Shown here in pieces: positions 11,152-24,400 of a stretch of 64,000 nt of DNA (the stretch's first letter is position 1; every line of letters starts with the position of its first letter). A program made the position numbers and the translations under genes. This stretch comes from Corallochytrium limacisporum Hawaii. Lineage: Eukaryota > Protista > Pluriformea. The notes beneath the pieces are model-generated. The model was not told the DNA's origin. It did no database searches and saw nothing but the letters and a program-made list of their open reading frames with translations. Location: the NCBI GenBank assembly GCA_002811645.1, contig PDIP01000013.1:19742-83741 (forward strand), in the 5' to 3' direction.

Positions 11152-11463
11152 NNNNNNNNNNNNNNNNNNNNNNNNNNNNNNNNNNNNNNNNNNNNNNNNN
11201 NNNNNNNNNNNNNNNNNNNNNNNNNNNNNNNNNNNNNNNNNNNNNNNNNNNNNNNNNNNNNNNNNNNNNNNNNNNNNNNNNNNNNNNNNNNNNNNNNNNN
11301 NNNNNNNNNNNNNNNNNNNNNNNNNNNNNNNNNNNNNNNNNNNNNNNNNNNNNNNNNNNNNNNNNNNNNNNNNNNNNNNNNNNNNNNNNNNNNNNNNNNN
11401 NNNNNNNNNNNNNNNNNNNNNNNNNNNNNNNNNNNNNNNNNNNNNNNNNNNNNNNNNNNNNNN
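11152..11463. other. Assembly gap (312 N)
   Basis: Run of N, followed by G-rich sequence on the right. Confidence 1.
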
Positions 11464-12032
11464 GGGGGGTGGGGGTGGTTTGTATTGGGTCGTCGCAGGG
11501 GGGGCGAATGACCGGCCCTATTTCTATAATGAAAGTACTACGGGCCTGGCACGCACACGCACACCGCACACCGCCATCCCCGAGCTCCGTCATGGATTGG
11601 GGGCTACTGAATCAAAATCAAATTGTTGATCTGGATATTTTCATGTTAAATATATTTATGATTATAATCAAATCTAAAAAAGTCTAAAAAAATAAGTGGA
11701 GATATTTGTATATATAAAGTGATTGATTTTTGGATGATTATTTCCGGATCGTCTTAGGGGAGCTGAAACTCGAAAGTGGGCACTGGAAGGGTGAGGTTGT
11801 GGGGTGCGAGTTTCAAAAAGTTGCGTCAGGACGGGAGTGGGTCCTGACCTTGTGGCCGTTGCCGGTACGATCGCAACGGGCTATTTCGGGAGGTTTCTTC
11901 CCGATTCTGGTAGCCATCTGCATTTTGACCACTACCGAATTAGATTGTATGTTGATAGTTATAGACATAGCTACTATGGACGACTGGTAAGTTGTGGCTA
12001 GCTGTGGTTGAGAAACAGCAAAACGGAAGAAA

Positions 12033-13946
12033 ATGGTAGAAAGACACCCTCCAGCAATTCAAAAGGACTGGACGGTGGAGTCATCGCTTCGCCCCAAATC
12101 CCTACAACCAGGTGCATCTCGAAGGCGGTCATTTCCTGCACTACAGAGCTCTACAGTCAAGGAACTGCTGGATCCGAAAACCCTGTTGAAGATCTACGCT
12201 TTGGTTTCCCTGGTCGTGTTCTTAGCAGCATTCACCGTTGTTCTGCAATGGCACACGAATGTGCCTTGGAGTCAACTATTATCCGTGGAAGAGTGGACAG
12301 TTGGAATAGAGGAAACAGATCCAAGGTCTAATTCTGACAATGGTAAGATTATGGACTATAGCGTTATGGCTCACTCGATTGACAGTTTTGACAACACAAT
12401 GCTCAATCCGACAGTAGTCCTGCAACGTGCTACCGATGATAGTCCTGTCGTATTCTTGTCAGCTGCATTTATGGACCTGCAGATGCTGAACAATCCACAG
12501 AAAGCTACCATCGATCTCCACGATCATATTGCGTACCGGCCCATGGTGATTCATGCACAGATCAACACTGATGAGTTCGGCACGGACCTGGGGCTCTTCA
12601 AAGCAAACTGCGTCTTTGCGGTGAGGGACAAGGAAGAGGTCTTCAAAGTACCTGCAGAGTATAAATTCGAACCCGCGTTTCGGCCGGAGTCGGGCAAAAG
12701 CAATGAGGGTCTGTCCATGTATGCTCAGATTGAATGCAACCGCCCAGAGGCCATTGTGCGGGGTCTGCAGAGGCTCACAGATGGTGATTTGACCAAACTT
12801 GGAAAGCGTGAGTCCGCCATGATGGCTTCGTTGGAGATACTGAACGTACCAAACATGCATGTCCACATCAGTCCCGTGCACAAGTTTGTCAAAGAATCTC
12901 AGGCCTTTGTTGAGGTCATGCTGCAGGATTCAAGATGGCTGCGGAAATGGGAAGAAAACCAGAAGCGGGACGGTATCACAGAATACGAACCACGGATCGC
13001 TATGTGCGTGGCACCTCAAAGCGTGAAAACCATGCCTAAGGGAGCACTCAACTATCTTGAGTACCTCACCCACCATTTTTTGCTTGGTGTGCGTCGTATT
13101 CACATCTACCTTCACCGCGAAACACAGCGGAGTAAAACCTGGAACGCGCTGTACCGCAATTTCCTCAGCGCCGAGGGTCACCCATTGCATGCGACCATGC
13201 TCGGAGAGGACTGGAAGAACATGGAAGGCTTCAAAAAAGGGATTGACAACTGGGTGTTTAAGCACCACTGTTTGTGGACCAATCGGTATAACTACCATTA
13301 CGTGATATTCTCCAACACAAAACGCTTCATTATGCCGGCTGAATCACAAATGCAAAGCAACTCCCTGCCCGGTGCAATCAATGCGCTGTTCAGGCGCCGG
13401 TCTGACCTGTCAGCCATTCTGATCCGCCACTGCACAGTCAACACGGGCTGTGAGGCGGACTATAGGCATGAGGAATTGATTACGCAGAAGTACAACAATT
13501 TCCCACAAGACGATTGCCGGGGATCGCCTGCGTTTGCTAGTGTAGTCGCCCGCCCGGACAAAGTCAACTTGTTGCGGCCAAATGCACCGTCTACAGACCA
13601 CATGGAGGGCACCCGGGGGATCTTAGAACAGGGTGAGATGCACATGCGCGTGTACGATGCCGTCAAAAAGTGCAAGACGATCGAAGAGGTGGAAGACTTC
13701 CAGGCCACTGCCCTGCGCGACAACCGCATGCGAGCCTGGGGACCAGTGCTGAAACAGGCTGTCGAAGCCGGCATTGCCAAAATCTGGGGCTCACGCAGAT
13801 TTCAGCATCTCGCAGACCGGGTCAACAAGCGGATCATCGCTAATCACACGCTAAGTACGGGCGTCTACGTGCCCTGGAAGGATCCTCGCGTGACCTTTGC
13901 CAAGCGCGAGGAAAAGAGGAAGAAGAAATTGGCTAGTCAGTCCTAG
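12033..13946 (+). CDS. Type II membrane protein, glycosyltransferase family 92 (DUF23)-like
   Basis: Single N-terminal TM helix (IYALVSLVVFLAAFTVVL). GT92-like blocks IAMCVAP, YLEYLTHHFLLGVRRIHIY and HHCLWTNRYNYHYVIF. The expected DxDE motif is absent. Confidence 0.7.
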   Translation: MVERHPPAIQKDWTVESSLRPKSLQPGASRRRSFPALQSSTVKELLDPKTLLKIYALVSLVVFLAAFTVVLQWHTNVPWSQLLSVEEWTVGIEETDPRSNSDNGKIMDYSVMAHSIDSFDNTMLNPTVVLQRATDDSPVVFLSAAFMDLQMLNNPQKATIDLHDHIAYRPMVIHAQINTDEFGTDLGLFKANCVFAVRDKEEVFKVPAEYKFEPAFRPESGKSNEGLSMYAQIECNRPEAIVRGLQRLTDGDLTKLGKRESAMMASLEILNVPNMHVHISPVHKFVKESQAFVEVMLQDSRWLRKWEENQKRDGITEYEPRIAMCVAPQSVKTMPKGALNYLEYLTHHFLLGVRRIHIYLHRETQRSKTWNALYRNFLSAEGHPLHATMLGEDWKNMEGFKKGIDNWVFKHHCLWTNRYNYHYVIFSNTKRFIMPAESQMQSNSLPGAINALFRRRSDLSAILIRHCTVNTGCEADYRHEELITQKYNNFPQDDCRGSPAFASVVARPDKVNLLRPNAPSTDHMEGTRGILEQGEMHMRVYDAVKKCKTIEEVEDFQATALRDNRMRAWGPVLKQAVEAGIAKIWGSRRFQHLADRVNKRIIANHTLSTGVYVPWKDPRVTFAKREEKRKKKLASQS

Positions 13947-14569
13947 TTTCTTCACACCAGCCGGCTTGGTCTTCATCTCATCCATGCAGACATACAGACA
14001 TACAGACATAGACTTGTTTCTGTGCTTTTCATCTTACATCGGCGTGACCATCGGTTTCCCAAAACCGTCGAGATTTCGGGTCCGTGCTCGGAGGAACGAA
14101 AGTGCGGCGCAAGTGAGCCCGGCGGGAAAAAGGGACTCCCCTTCCGGGCCCGGGGGACCTGTTTTTTTCCCTTTTTCTGCGAAGAAGTGGCGGCAGCTGA
14201 ACGACTTGTGATTTCCTCCTCCCAATTAGCCTGTGCCCACTGGTCTTACACACACACACACACAACCCCGCCCCCCGGGGGCCCGGGGGGGGGGCCTCAC
14301 GGGAGCGATTTGCGCAACCTCCCGCGGCAATCGCAGAATGCGAGCTGTCCGGACAAAGCCCCGGTCATTCTTTGGAAGGGTTTTCCACGAACTTCACTGG
14401 TTCTAACGCCGGCCTATCTTGGAATGGCGGGTGTGCTTCCTGTTTGTGTGTTGTGTGCTCTGTAAGGTATTTTCATGGTCATTAACCGTGGAAGTGATAA
14501 AGCAACAGGCATCCGTCGACAGGCTGTCGGGTTCGGGCTATGCAAGAGAAGACAGTAAGAAAAAGAACC

Positions 14570-15445
14570 ATGGTGTCCTTGTGGACTCGCTTCGTTTACG
14601 GGACGTTTAACCCGATGATCCGCCTCCTCGCCGTCTTTGTGCGGGGCACCGCGGGCACCGATCTGGTGGACCGCAAGGCTGTGCAACCCAAGAAAATGCT
14701 AGAGCTGTACAGCTTCGAATGGTCCCCATATTGCCGCCTTGTTCGAGAAGTCTTGTGCGAGATGGAGATCGACTACATCCTCTATCCTGTGCCTCCTGGG
14801 GGTAAGCGCTACCGCAAGGATGCCATCAACCCGAAAATTGGCAAGGCCCGCATGCCCATGCTCCACGACCCCAACACGGGTGTGACCATGCACGAGTCCG
14901 ACGAAATTGTTGACTACATCACTAAAACCTACAATGGCAAGCCCAGAGCAAACACTCACGGATGGAGACGTACCCTGGCTGTCTTTACCTCTGTGATTGC
15001 GACTCTGCTCGATCATGCCAATGTCATGCCCTGGTCCTTGGACTGGAGGGCTCTCTTCAAGGGTAGAATTGGCTATGCGGTCTTCCACACGATCGTCGCA
15101 GTGCCGTCCGCCGAGCCTCCCGCCAAGATGCTCGAGATCTATACCTTCGAATCCTCTCCTTACTCCATTCCTGCTCGTACGTATCTCGATGCCCTGCAGC
15201 TGCCGTATATCGTGCGCAACACGCCAAAGGGGCATTGGAAGGATTTGGGACCGCCATTTTTCAGGGAGAAGGTGTGGAAGGGTGACCGTGGCACCACACG
15301 CAATCGCAAGGCACTGCAAGCCCGAAGCAACTTTGTCCAGGTGCCTTACCTGGTTGACCCCAACACTGGTGTTGAGATGTACGAGTCGCAGAAGATCATT
15401 GCGTACCTTAAGAAAACCTACGAGTTGGAGAGAAAGACCAAGTGA
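14570..15445 (+). CDS. Protein with two GST-N/glutaredoxin-like (thioredoxin-fold) domains
   Basis: Two repeats: LELYSFEWSPYCRLVRE...PMLHDPNTGVTMHESDEIV and LEIYTFESSPYSIPAR...QVPYLVDPNTGVEMYESQKII. An in-frame upstream ATG exists at 14540; 14570 has the better context. Confidence 0.88.
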   Translation: MVSLWTRFVYGTFNPMIRLLAVFVRGTAGTDLVDRKAVQPKKMLELYSFEWSPYCRLVREVLCEMEIDYILYPVPPGGKRYRKDAINPKIGKARMPMLHDPNTGVTMHESDEIVDYITKTYNGKPRANTHGWRRTLAVFTSVIATLLDHANVMPWSLDWRALFKGRIGYAVFHTIVAVPSAEPPAKMLEIYTFESSPYSIPARTYLDALQLPYIVRNTPKGHWKDLGPPFFREKVWKGDRGTTRNRKALQARSNFVQVPYLVDPNTGVEMYESQKIIAYLKKTYELERKTK

Positions 15446-18400
15446 AGCGCGTATGCTGTTTCCCAGCAGATCAAGTTTACTATATCGTCTTAGCATCTGC
15501 GGACACCTCGCCACCGTGGTGTGTTTCTGATCAGCATGCAAACTGTTACATGCACATGTTGAAAGGAACTCTTCCCAAGTGACCGGATGCATATATGCGC
15601 TTCTGTAGTGCGTAGGATGTGTTTCGTGACCGATCACCATGCCAGCCCGCCTTCCGGAGTCCCGGACTCGCGCTGATCGTGTCCCGTGCTCCCCTGGCCG
15701 CCTTTCTCGCACTTCGCGGGTGCCCGTCGCTCTGCCGCTCTTGTTTTCTCTCTCTCTCTCTCTCTCTGTGTCTCTCTCTCTGTTGGCTGGGCGAGAGTTG
15801 AAACAAATCAATTGCTACTGGGGAGTCTATTTTCCTCAACGTAGTACTCTGTCTATGAGTCATAATAATCAAATACCGTATATAATATTCATTTTTTAAT
15901 ATGAATTTAGAATGATTTATTACAATATTAAAATGTTCCGTATACCAGCGAATCATACTGCGCTGTACGGTACTGGACGTACGGCGCATTCTATTTTGGA
16001 CGGTTGGCTAAAAAAGCCAAAGCGACGTTGCACCACCGACTGACCGGTTCGTTGACTATGAAAAGCCGGATCCTCTCCTGCTCGCTGTTTCATGTTCGGT
16101 GGATCGAGAATGATGCGTATTTATTTACCCAAACACTTCGCAGGACTGTCTTGTGACACCCGTTCTCTCCTCCCCTACGTACTCGTGCAGAAGATGGTGG
16201 TGTGCCGTGCAGTGCTATATATACGAAATCCTCCGGGCTTGGAAAAATGGGGAAAACGGGAAAAAGGGGGAGGGGGGGCTCTCTTCACACTCTCTCCCTC
16301 TCTCTGTCTGTGTCTCTGGCGTTTGGTTTTGGGCCAGCTGCCCGTCACCCGGCCGCCCCCCCCCCCCGCGGGGGAAAATCCTTTTTGTGCCGCGAAGCGC
16401 GCCCCTTTTAAAGGAAGAAAGCGCTACGGTGGGAAGTGGGGCTCTCGGTCCTCTGCGTAAGATTGTCAGCTGACGGCGATTCGCTTAAGATAGCGCACGG
16501 AAGGCCGGCCCCCTGGGGGGGGTTCAGCCCATAACGCGGCCGTTTTGGCAGGCCCGGCGACTGACAATTCGATGATTCTATGGGATCAGTAGGCGCGTAC
16601 GCAATATACACACTGCCCGGGGCTGGTTTGTTTTGGTTGTTAAGTGTTCCCCCGGAATCATCCCCGTACTCATACGCAGGAGATAGAGCGTCCGGTGTCT
16701 TCGGCATCCAACTAGCCGTTATCAGCATGGTTCCCTCCCTTTGCACCTGCATATGGTCGAGCCTTGCGCGGTGTGGGAGCGAGTATCGCGTTGCATGTAC
16801 ACAGTCACCGAAGAACACAACCAAGAACGATATTGGCAGATTGAGGGTTAGAAAATTGCCAGCAACAATCGTCTTCGTTTTGCATGTGCAAACAGCAGAG
16901 ACATCTTGTCTGCAGAAACCGATCGGTACGCTACTGTTTCCTTCGATTACTCGAGAGTTCGTCGCAGCAGGTCGCAAGTCAGAGACGTTTGCCTGTTGCA
17001 GTTTCCACTTTCCTGAACTCTTTTATACTTTTGCAACAGAACCCTTATCAGTGGTCACGGGCCACAACTCCGAAGCACGGGGGAGAGAGAGAACCCAAAG
17101 ACAACGGGTCCGCTGCTGCACGACTCACGCAGTAACCCGGCAGCAGCTTGGGTGATCGAAATGCCGATGGTTTCAGGTTGAGCACTCATCAGTTCTTAGT
17201 AGTGTACACCAACCAACAAGGACTTGTGACTCTGGGACAGTAGGGTGAGGCTTGTTCATCAACTTTCTTCTTTTGGTGTCTGTCTTGGTTGCGGACCTTT
17301 TCCGACCATGTTGTCCTTCCTGCTTTTTCCAATGCTCGTATTTCGGTTTTGGCACACACTCCCGGTTGCTGATGACGAAGGTACAGGTAAGAAATCATCA
17401 CATATTCATTATGCACTGTAAGACGAGGACACGGGCATAATTTCACCAGCTGGCAACACCAGGTACCGCAACAACCCCACTCCCCTTTGACCCTCCAACA
17501 CACACTCCCCAACAAAAAAATTAAAGCATACGCGGGGTCCAACACCAAATAGAGCAATTCCAACGCACTCACTACCAACTTAATAGCATTAACAAAGCGG
17601 ATTCCAGCTGGGATGAATATGCCAAACTGTGCGATAAAAGCAAAACCAAAATACGAAAAAGACGAACGCAGTTATTGATAGGAGAGGAATGGGCCATAAA
17701 TTCAGTAAAGGGAAGAGCACACGAGCTTCTTGCGCGACGAACGGTGCCCTTGTGTGCGCGACGATCATCAGCGGCAACCTCTTTTCATTCTCATTATTGG
17801 CTTTTGCTTACGGCAGATATGTTGCAAGATGGTCCTTCCTATGCTTGCCGTTGGTATGAGTGTATTGTGTGCAGATTCACCATTACATGGTGGTTGTTTC
17901 GTAGTTGGTGGATGGTGGATCGTCTGTGCGTGCCTGTGTGTCGTGCTGAACCATGCTTTCTGCGGATCGCGAACCTAATCAATAGAATGATGTGATACGC
18001 ACCGGAGGTAGTGTGGACCAAGTGCAATTTTAACAGGACTGGCTTGTTCATCTACATCTCCTCCCGAAACTTTGTGCTGGTGATCACCTGTCTGCACGCC
18101 TCCCGAGACAGACAGAACAATTCCCCACCCAAAATTGCTTCTCTCGTCTCCCTGCCTTTATGGCACGGCTTTTGGCCTGACCCTGATGCGGGTGCGGGTG
18201 CTGTCGGTCAGGCAGCGGAGTCGATTGGCAACTGTTTGGCTACCGAATCTGGGGTTCGATGAGTCCTGCGCATATCGCTACGTCGGATCGTATAACGCGC
18301 GTGTGCCGTCCGGCGGAGGAATCATTTGGTTTATAAGGGGAAGAACTGTGGAGTGTGGGTGGCGAGGGTGACTGCGGAGAAGCCCGAAAAGGGGAACGGG

Positions 18401-21400
18401 GGAGGAAGGAAGCAAGGAAAATTTGAATAAAATGGGGGCAGTACGCAGCGGTCTAGGAAGAATGTAATTCATCGCCGAGTATTCGTAGTCCGCCCCAGCC
18501 TTTCCATTTCCTGCCGGCGTGTTTTTTTTTGGGTTCGGTGCCTTAGTACCTTATGGCTCTGGTCTTGGGATCTGGGCTTCTGCAACTTTCTCTGTGCGAG
18601 GGTGTGTGTTTATGTTACTTTCTCGTTTGCTGCACAGACAGACGCAGACACCGCTCTGACCAGGATGCTCCTGCGTGGGCTGCATGTGCTTACCCTCATG
18701 TTTGTTGATGATGAAGGTGTTGCTGTGTCTTTAACGTATGGGTCAGAGGGGGCGCGTATGCCGAGGACATCGAAGATGCACTACGAACAGACACAACCAC
18801 AAGGATATGCAATGAATGGGATCCCGTGTGTAACGGCACCGGAACCTTGTTGTTCGTGTCGCTGCTTCAACTCGTTGGCTTTTTCGAATGCGCAGAAGAC
18901 TTCCAATCTGCAAGTTACTATTTCATGAACCGGTTTGCGCAGCGCAGTCATTTTCAGATATCGCCTTGCCCACTGGCTTTTATGAAATACTGCGATCATC
19001 CTACGGTATCCGGGATGCTTCCCTCCCGAAGGCGTCACACAACGCATATGTGTCCATCCAACAATTGGTAGCGCTACCCACATCCACCGCCCGCAAAGCG
19101 CATAGCGAAAGAAGACGCGGAGTTGGAACCATCCATCCAACTGCGCCCAACATGGTGCTGACAAACTCTGAAGTCGCTGTCATGGATGCGAATGCATGTT
19201 CTCGCCACAAGGACCATCCCGTCTACGGTTAGTATTTCCAATTAGGGTGCGCCGATGCCATACTGCATACAATACAACCGTTCTCAATCCCGTTGCCACT
19301 CATGGTGCTGACAAGTCGCTGCGTATCATCGAAGAACCACCGAAAGGAACCCATGTCGAAGTTCGGCTCCTCCGATTTAGATTGAGCACCGACACCTCTG
19401 CCGCCTCCCGTCTGTTCTTGTTCTGCCTGCCTTCCTTCTCTTTCTTTGTTTGCTCGAGATTTCTCACCGTTTTGCTCTCTGCACTCAACCGTGGGGTTCA
19501 ATATAGTAACGGACGGTACCGGGGAAAAAGCAAAATTTTGGAAGTGGCACCGCGAAAAGAAAAAGGGGAAGCTTTACGCTCGAGGGTGAGGGCGGAAGGG
19601 CGGTGGGAGGGGGCCCGCCGGAGAGAGGGGAGGGGGGGGGAAGGGGGGAGGGGGGGAGAGGAAGCGGGAGGAAGGGACGGGAAGCTCCAACGCAAAATAG
19701 AATACACCGCCCAGTGTCAATAAAGTTCCGATGGGGGGCAGGGGGGAGGCCCGAGTGAACCGCGGCAAGGCACCGTAGCCATCGGCGGAAAATTAAAATT
19801 AAGAAGAGAGGAGGGGGAGAGAACAGAGAGAGTCCGAAGAGCGAGAGCGGTCCACGGGAACCAAAGGAGAACACCAGTAGAGATCGACAGGATAGATACA
19901 GGAACAGTCAAATCAAAAATTCTCTTCTCGGGTCGCAAAGAAAAATGAATACTTTAGATATGGACAGCCACTTGGGACAAAAAAGCCACGGTGGCAGCGC
20001 GCGACATCCTGATCCATCAATCGGTGACAGATTACTGATTCCATTGTTGCTTAAAGTGGTGAGGGATTTAAGATTCTTCTAACAACCTTACAGTCCTCCG
20101 CATACTGGATCGCAGAGTCCTGGAAACAAAGGCAGACGCGCTGGGAGCAAACGGAGCTGTTGGTACTCGAACAACATCGACACCAACCCAACGAAACGAA
20201 CCATGGATCAGGAAGAGATAGAAAAAAGAAATAGGGACCTGACTACGACAGATACTCGTACCAATACTGAAGCATTGGTGTGACGGAACGGAGATTTTGA
20301 AGAAGAAGAAAAAAAAAGGAAGAAAATTTCGGGACGCGAAGGTAAAACAAAAAGGAAGACGCGAGAGCAAAGGAAGCATCCACTGATCAAAAATTTCCTG
20401 AGTGGACGAAAAAAGGGAGTGGTTCCTGATGCTTAGAATGGCAGTGGCTCCAGAGGGAACAAATGTGAGAGAACGGGCTGACGGATACGCGGGAAACGAA
20501 TAACTCTGGTGACCACCATCACATCGAGAACCCGAAAGTGTGTGAGCTTGAGAGTGAGAACGAACAGTGAGAGCGTGAGTGAACAGAGCAGGAATATTTT
20601 CTCGCGCCTTTCCCGCCCCCTTCCCCTACCTCTTCTCCAGCCCAGTGGTTGCAGCGTTTGGTTTTCGTCTGCGTGCCGTCATCCGTTTTGGCCCGCCGCC
20701 CGCCCGTTCTTCCTAATCGTTAGGTCGCCCCTCGTCCCTGTATCCGCATCTGCGCCGCAAAAACGTCCATTTTCTAATCTGCGCCCGAAATTGTTCTTCT
20801 CAAGTCACCGCGTTGCACGTCCCCAACCCTTGCCGTCAATGTGCCAACATTTTCCCCATTGTTCTCGTTATATTTTTCCTGGGGGCAGTTGCCCCAACAT
20901 CCCTTCCCAAGAGGAAACTGTGAAACCGCAAAGCGGGAGGCTCCGAGTACCCAGAGAACGCAAATAAGAAGCGAAAGATCACCGTGTCCCCGGTCACTGG
21001 CAGCGCGCAAAAAGAAAAGAAGGAAAAAAAAATATAAAAAAAATATAGGGAAGCGAGGGGCGGTGGAGAGGGTACCCGAGGGTGGCCAAGGGAGAGGATG
21101 GGGGGGGGGGGGGGGGACGGACCCTATGACCACCGGGGAGACGGACAACAGAATACTGGCTGTCGTTTGGTCGTCTCCGGTTCGTCCGCCAGTTGTGCTA
21201 ATAGTTCTGGTATGGCCAATGGTGTGCTCGAGATCAATTCAGGAAATATATAGACATATATCGAATTGATCAAATGATATATCAAGAACATCAGGATAAT
21301 ATGTGCTTTTCTAGAGGGGCGAACGCATTCATTAGGGCCTGAGAAAGGGGCAAGGAATGTGGTCCCAAAGGCGAGGATGGGTGCAGGGACAGGCGGGCGC

Positions 21401-24400
21401 GCAGTAGGGAGGGAAAAAACTGACACCACCACCAATACACCCCAAGCAAACCTCCTTTGGTCTCCCCGTTGGTTTTTCCCGATATCCTCCATCGCTCGCT
21501 CGCGTTTCCTCCTTCCCATCTGGTCTCTTGCTGGGACCCCATTTCTACGGAGCAGCAGTGTCCCGCAGTACAGTATCCCATTTGTTTATGAACCGATGGC
21601 TCGCGAGGGCGAGAGGAAAAAAGGGGTGGGGGAGGGGGGGGGGAGGAAGGGGCATTCCAATTCGCAGCCCTTTCCGACGAAATTGAACTAGAATACTCTA
21701 GAGGAAGAGGAGGATAATGGTGAAACTGTGGAGAAATACAGGCAAAATGTATGGCGACGACAAAAAACGGACAGCCCCACCCCGGACCAGGTCCACCACC
21801 ACCAATTTTTCCACACTGAAGTGAGAATTCCTCTAGGGAAGGGACGGTGGCCAATATGCCCTTGGCCCATAGGCCACCTTCTCCGTCAATAGAGTATTTG
21901 CCCCCGAACTGAGGCAATAAAGCCCCCCTCCCCTCCTCCCCCGGCCTAGTGTGTCACAACTGGGTCACTGAGTGGTGCTACAGAATTTTTTCCCTTACCG
22001 TGTTGCTCGACGCTCCCACAGGATCGACGGTGGCAGACAATAGGCACGTTGTCTCTTCTTCTTCTCAACGGCTGCGGAGTTTGGTAAGTACAGAGTCTCT
22101 GTTCTAGTGAACTGCAATACTAAATACATGGGACCAGCTGAACAGACCGAGAAAATGACAACGTGGACTACCCCGCACAGAACAAGGCAGGCCACGCCAA
22201 CGCCTTGTGGAACAACCCGAAACGCTGCGGCGCTAATTGTGCTTTGCGGGTGTTGTTGTGTGCGTGTGTGTGAGCGGCGGACACTGAGGTTTCCGACAAC
22301 CGTGGATTTTTTTCTTTTTTGCTTCAGTAGCGAACCTCTGGAATGCCAGGGTGGTTTTCTATTTTCTTGTTGTATTGCTGCTAGGAGATGTGAGGGATCG
22401 TAGTACACTGCTTCTTTGGTAGGCGCTTCCCAAAATGTTGATACATTGGTCATATAGAGTCGCAGAGACCATTTAGCAGGAACTAAAAGGGGAGGGACTG
22501 AGGGATGTATGATGCTTCTCACTCCCTTGACAGTTGGCGTCCGCGGTAATTGACTTAGGGCTATCACTGAACCAACCAAATTTCAATATATTTAATAGGC
22601 ATTGCTACCTGCTTGTGAAACGTCACCTGTCAACGAGGAGCACCCGCCCGTCGCCGAGTTGGTACCTCGAAAGCCATCTCACGGCTTCCGGGTGAAACTT
22701 CAGTAATTTCACCACAGAATCTCCTCTGCAAGAGACATCCGAAGGTGGATTTCCCAAATACCGCAAAACGATAGTGATTGAAGGATCATCCACACAGATT
22801 ATCACTACCACCGGTTGCACGGGCTCATCATGCCAGTGGTATATGTTGACTGAGGAGTCCAATCATCTTGGGAATTCGTTTCGTTCGTTCGAGTCTTTGT
22901 AATCGGTTCTGCGAGATTAGTTTTCGTTTTGTGGTTGTTCCGTTGAATTCCATTTTCGTTGGCATTTCTGCATTAGTTTCGGGGTTTCAACGAAAGCTCC
23001 GTCGTTACTCTCGTCGGTCCCCCAAGCTTCTGTACATGTGTCGTCGGCCTGCCTGTATCCCACCGTTTCCATCGTTTCATGCTCCGACTGTTCCAACTTA
23101 GTTTTTTCTGTCTGATTCTGAAACTTTCTCTTTGCCACTCCTCGTCGTATCGAAAATTGTTCCGCACATCACTGGATCCCAAGCAAGAAGAGTATCATTA
23201 GAGTTTACGCGATAGCATGAAACGAAGATATGGGCCGCTCCCCTCCTGCACGCCTCATGTACAAGTGGTGTGTAGCCAGATCACAAAGTCACGTCCCTGT
23301 TTCATTTTCCCGCGCATGGAGTGAGAGGCTAGGGGGCTTACGGTACGTCGTAAGAATTCAATGGACACGTCAGCGGCAAGCAGCCGGGTTAATACGAAAC
23401 AGAAGGGACATGGGAACTGTGTGAGTACATTACGGAACACGTTTACAAACGGGTTTATTATTGCATGGCAGAGGTGTCATGTCAGCGTTTAAGTGTTTTT
23501 TACTTCCGCTCCAAAGGCTTGCAATGCACGACTCGATAAAGGGAGCATTCCACCACATTTTTGACGCGCGGCCCACCCCCCACACAAGCCATACGGGAAG
23601 AGAGCGAGGGGACCAGAGAGACCTACGACGCAAGAGCACGCTCAGCCCCTCGTTGCCAACTTCACCACACACCACCACAGGAGCAGCGGGGTAATCGGAA
23701 ACGGCTCCCACAAAAATGTCAAGAATACGAAATGCCAAAACGGAAAAAGAAACGGGATCCATTCCAAGACTCCACCGCTAGATTTTTACCTTTTCCTTAA
23801 TATTGGCACGGGCCGGAGACCCTAGTTTTAGGTCCAGCCCAACTCTGGCGCCGACCGGGCGATTGCTATCTCTCCCCAAAAAGAGGAAAAAATGCTGAGG
23901 CCGGAAAGGCGGGGAATGTGGTCCGTCAGCAGACCCGTCTTCTGCGCCGTTGCAGGGTAGGAATCCTCATGTATATATTTGTATGGGAAAGGCAGGTCTA
24001 AAGGGTACGCGATAACGTAATTATATGAATGAAGATCGGCCGAGAAGGGGAGACAGTCGCTGCCTGATCTCATAATCCACATTTGATAGTGATCCATCTG
24101 TGTATGCCCCCATCTTCTTTTCTTTTTTGTTGTCATTTGAACGAGTTGGACAGGTTTCGAAAAAAATGAACATTGAATTCATTGAGTTAACATTCATTCA
24201 TAGATTGCAAATGCAGGAAAGGGATGAAACAGGTAATGGTGCTGTTCCATATGTCAAGCACGAAACCGAAGCCAACGAGACAGGTAAGTGACAGTATTTA
24301 TACGTACTTTCTTCGGCCAAACTATTCGGAGATGGCAATCTCGTGACCTTGGCATTGGCCGGAGACCCTGGCTCTCCACACCTCGCTGTCTCACTCTCTC

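Noticed and set aside
16408-17155. Overlapping 189-aa and 191-aa ORFs on opposite strands
   Set aside because: Neither has recognisable domains or the codon bias of the real genes.
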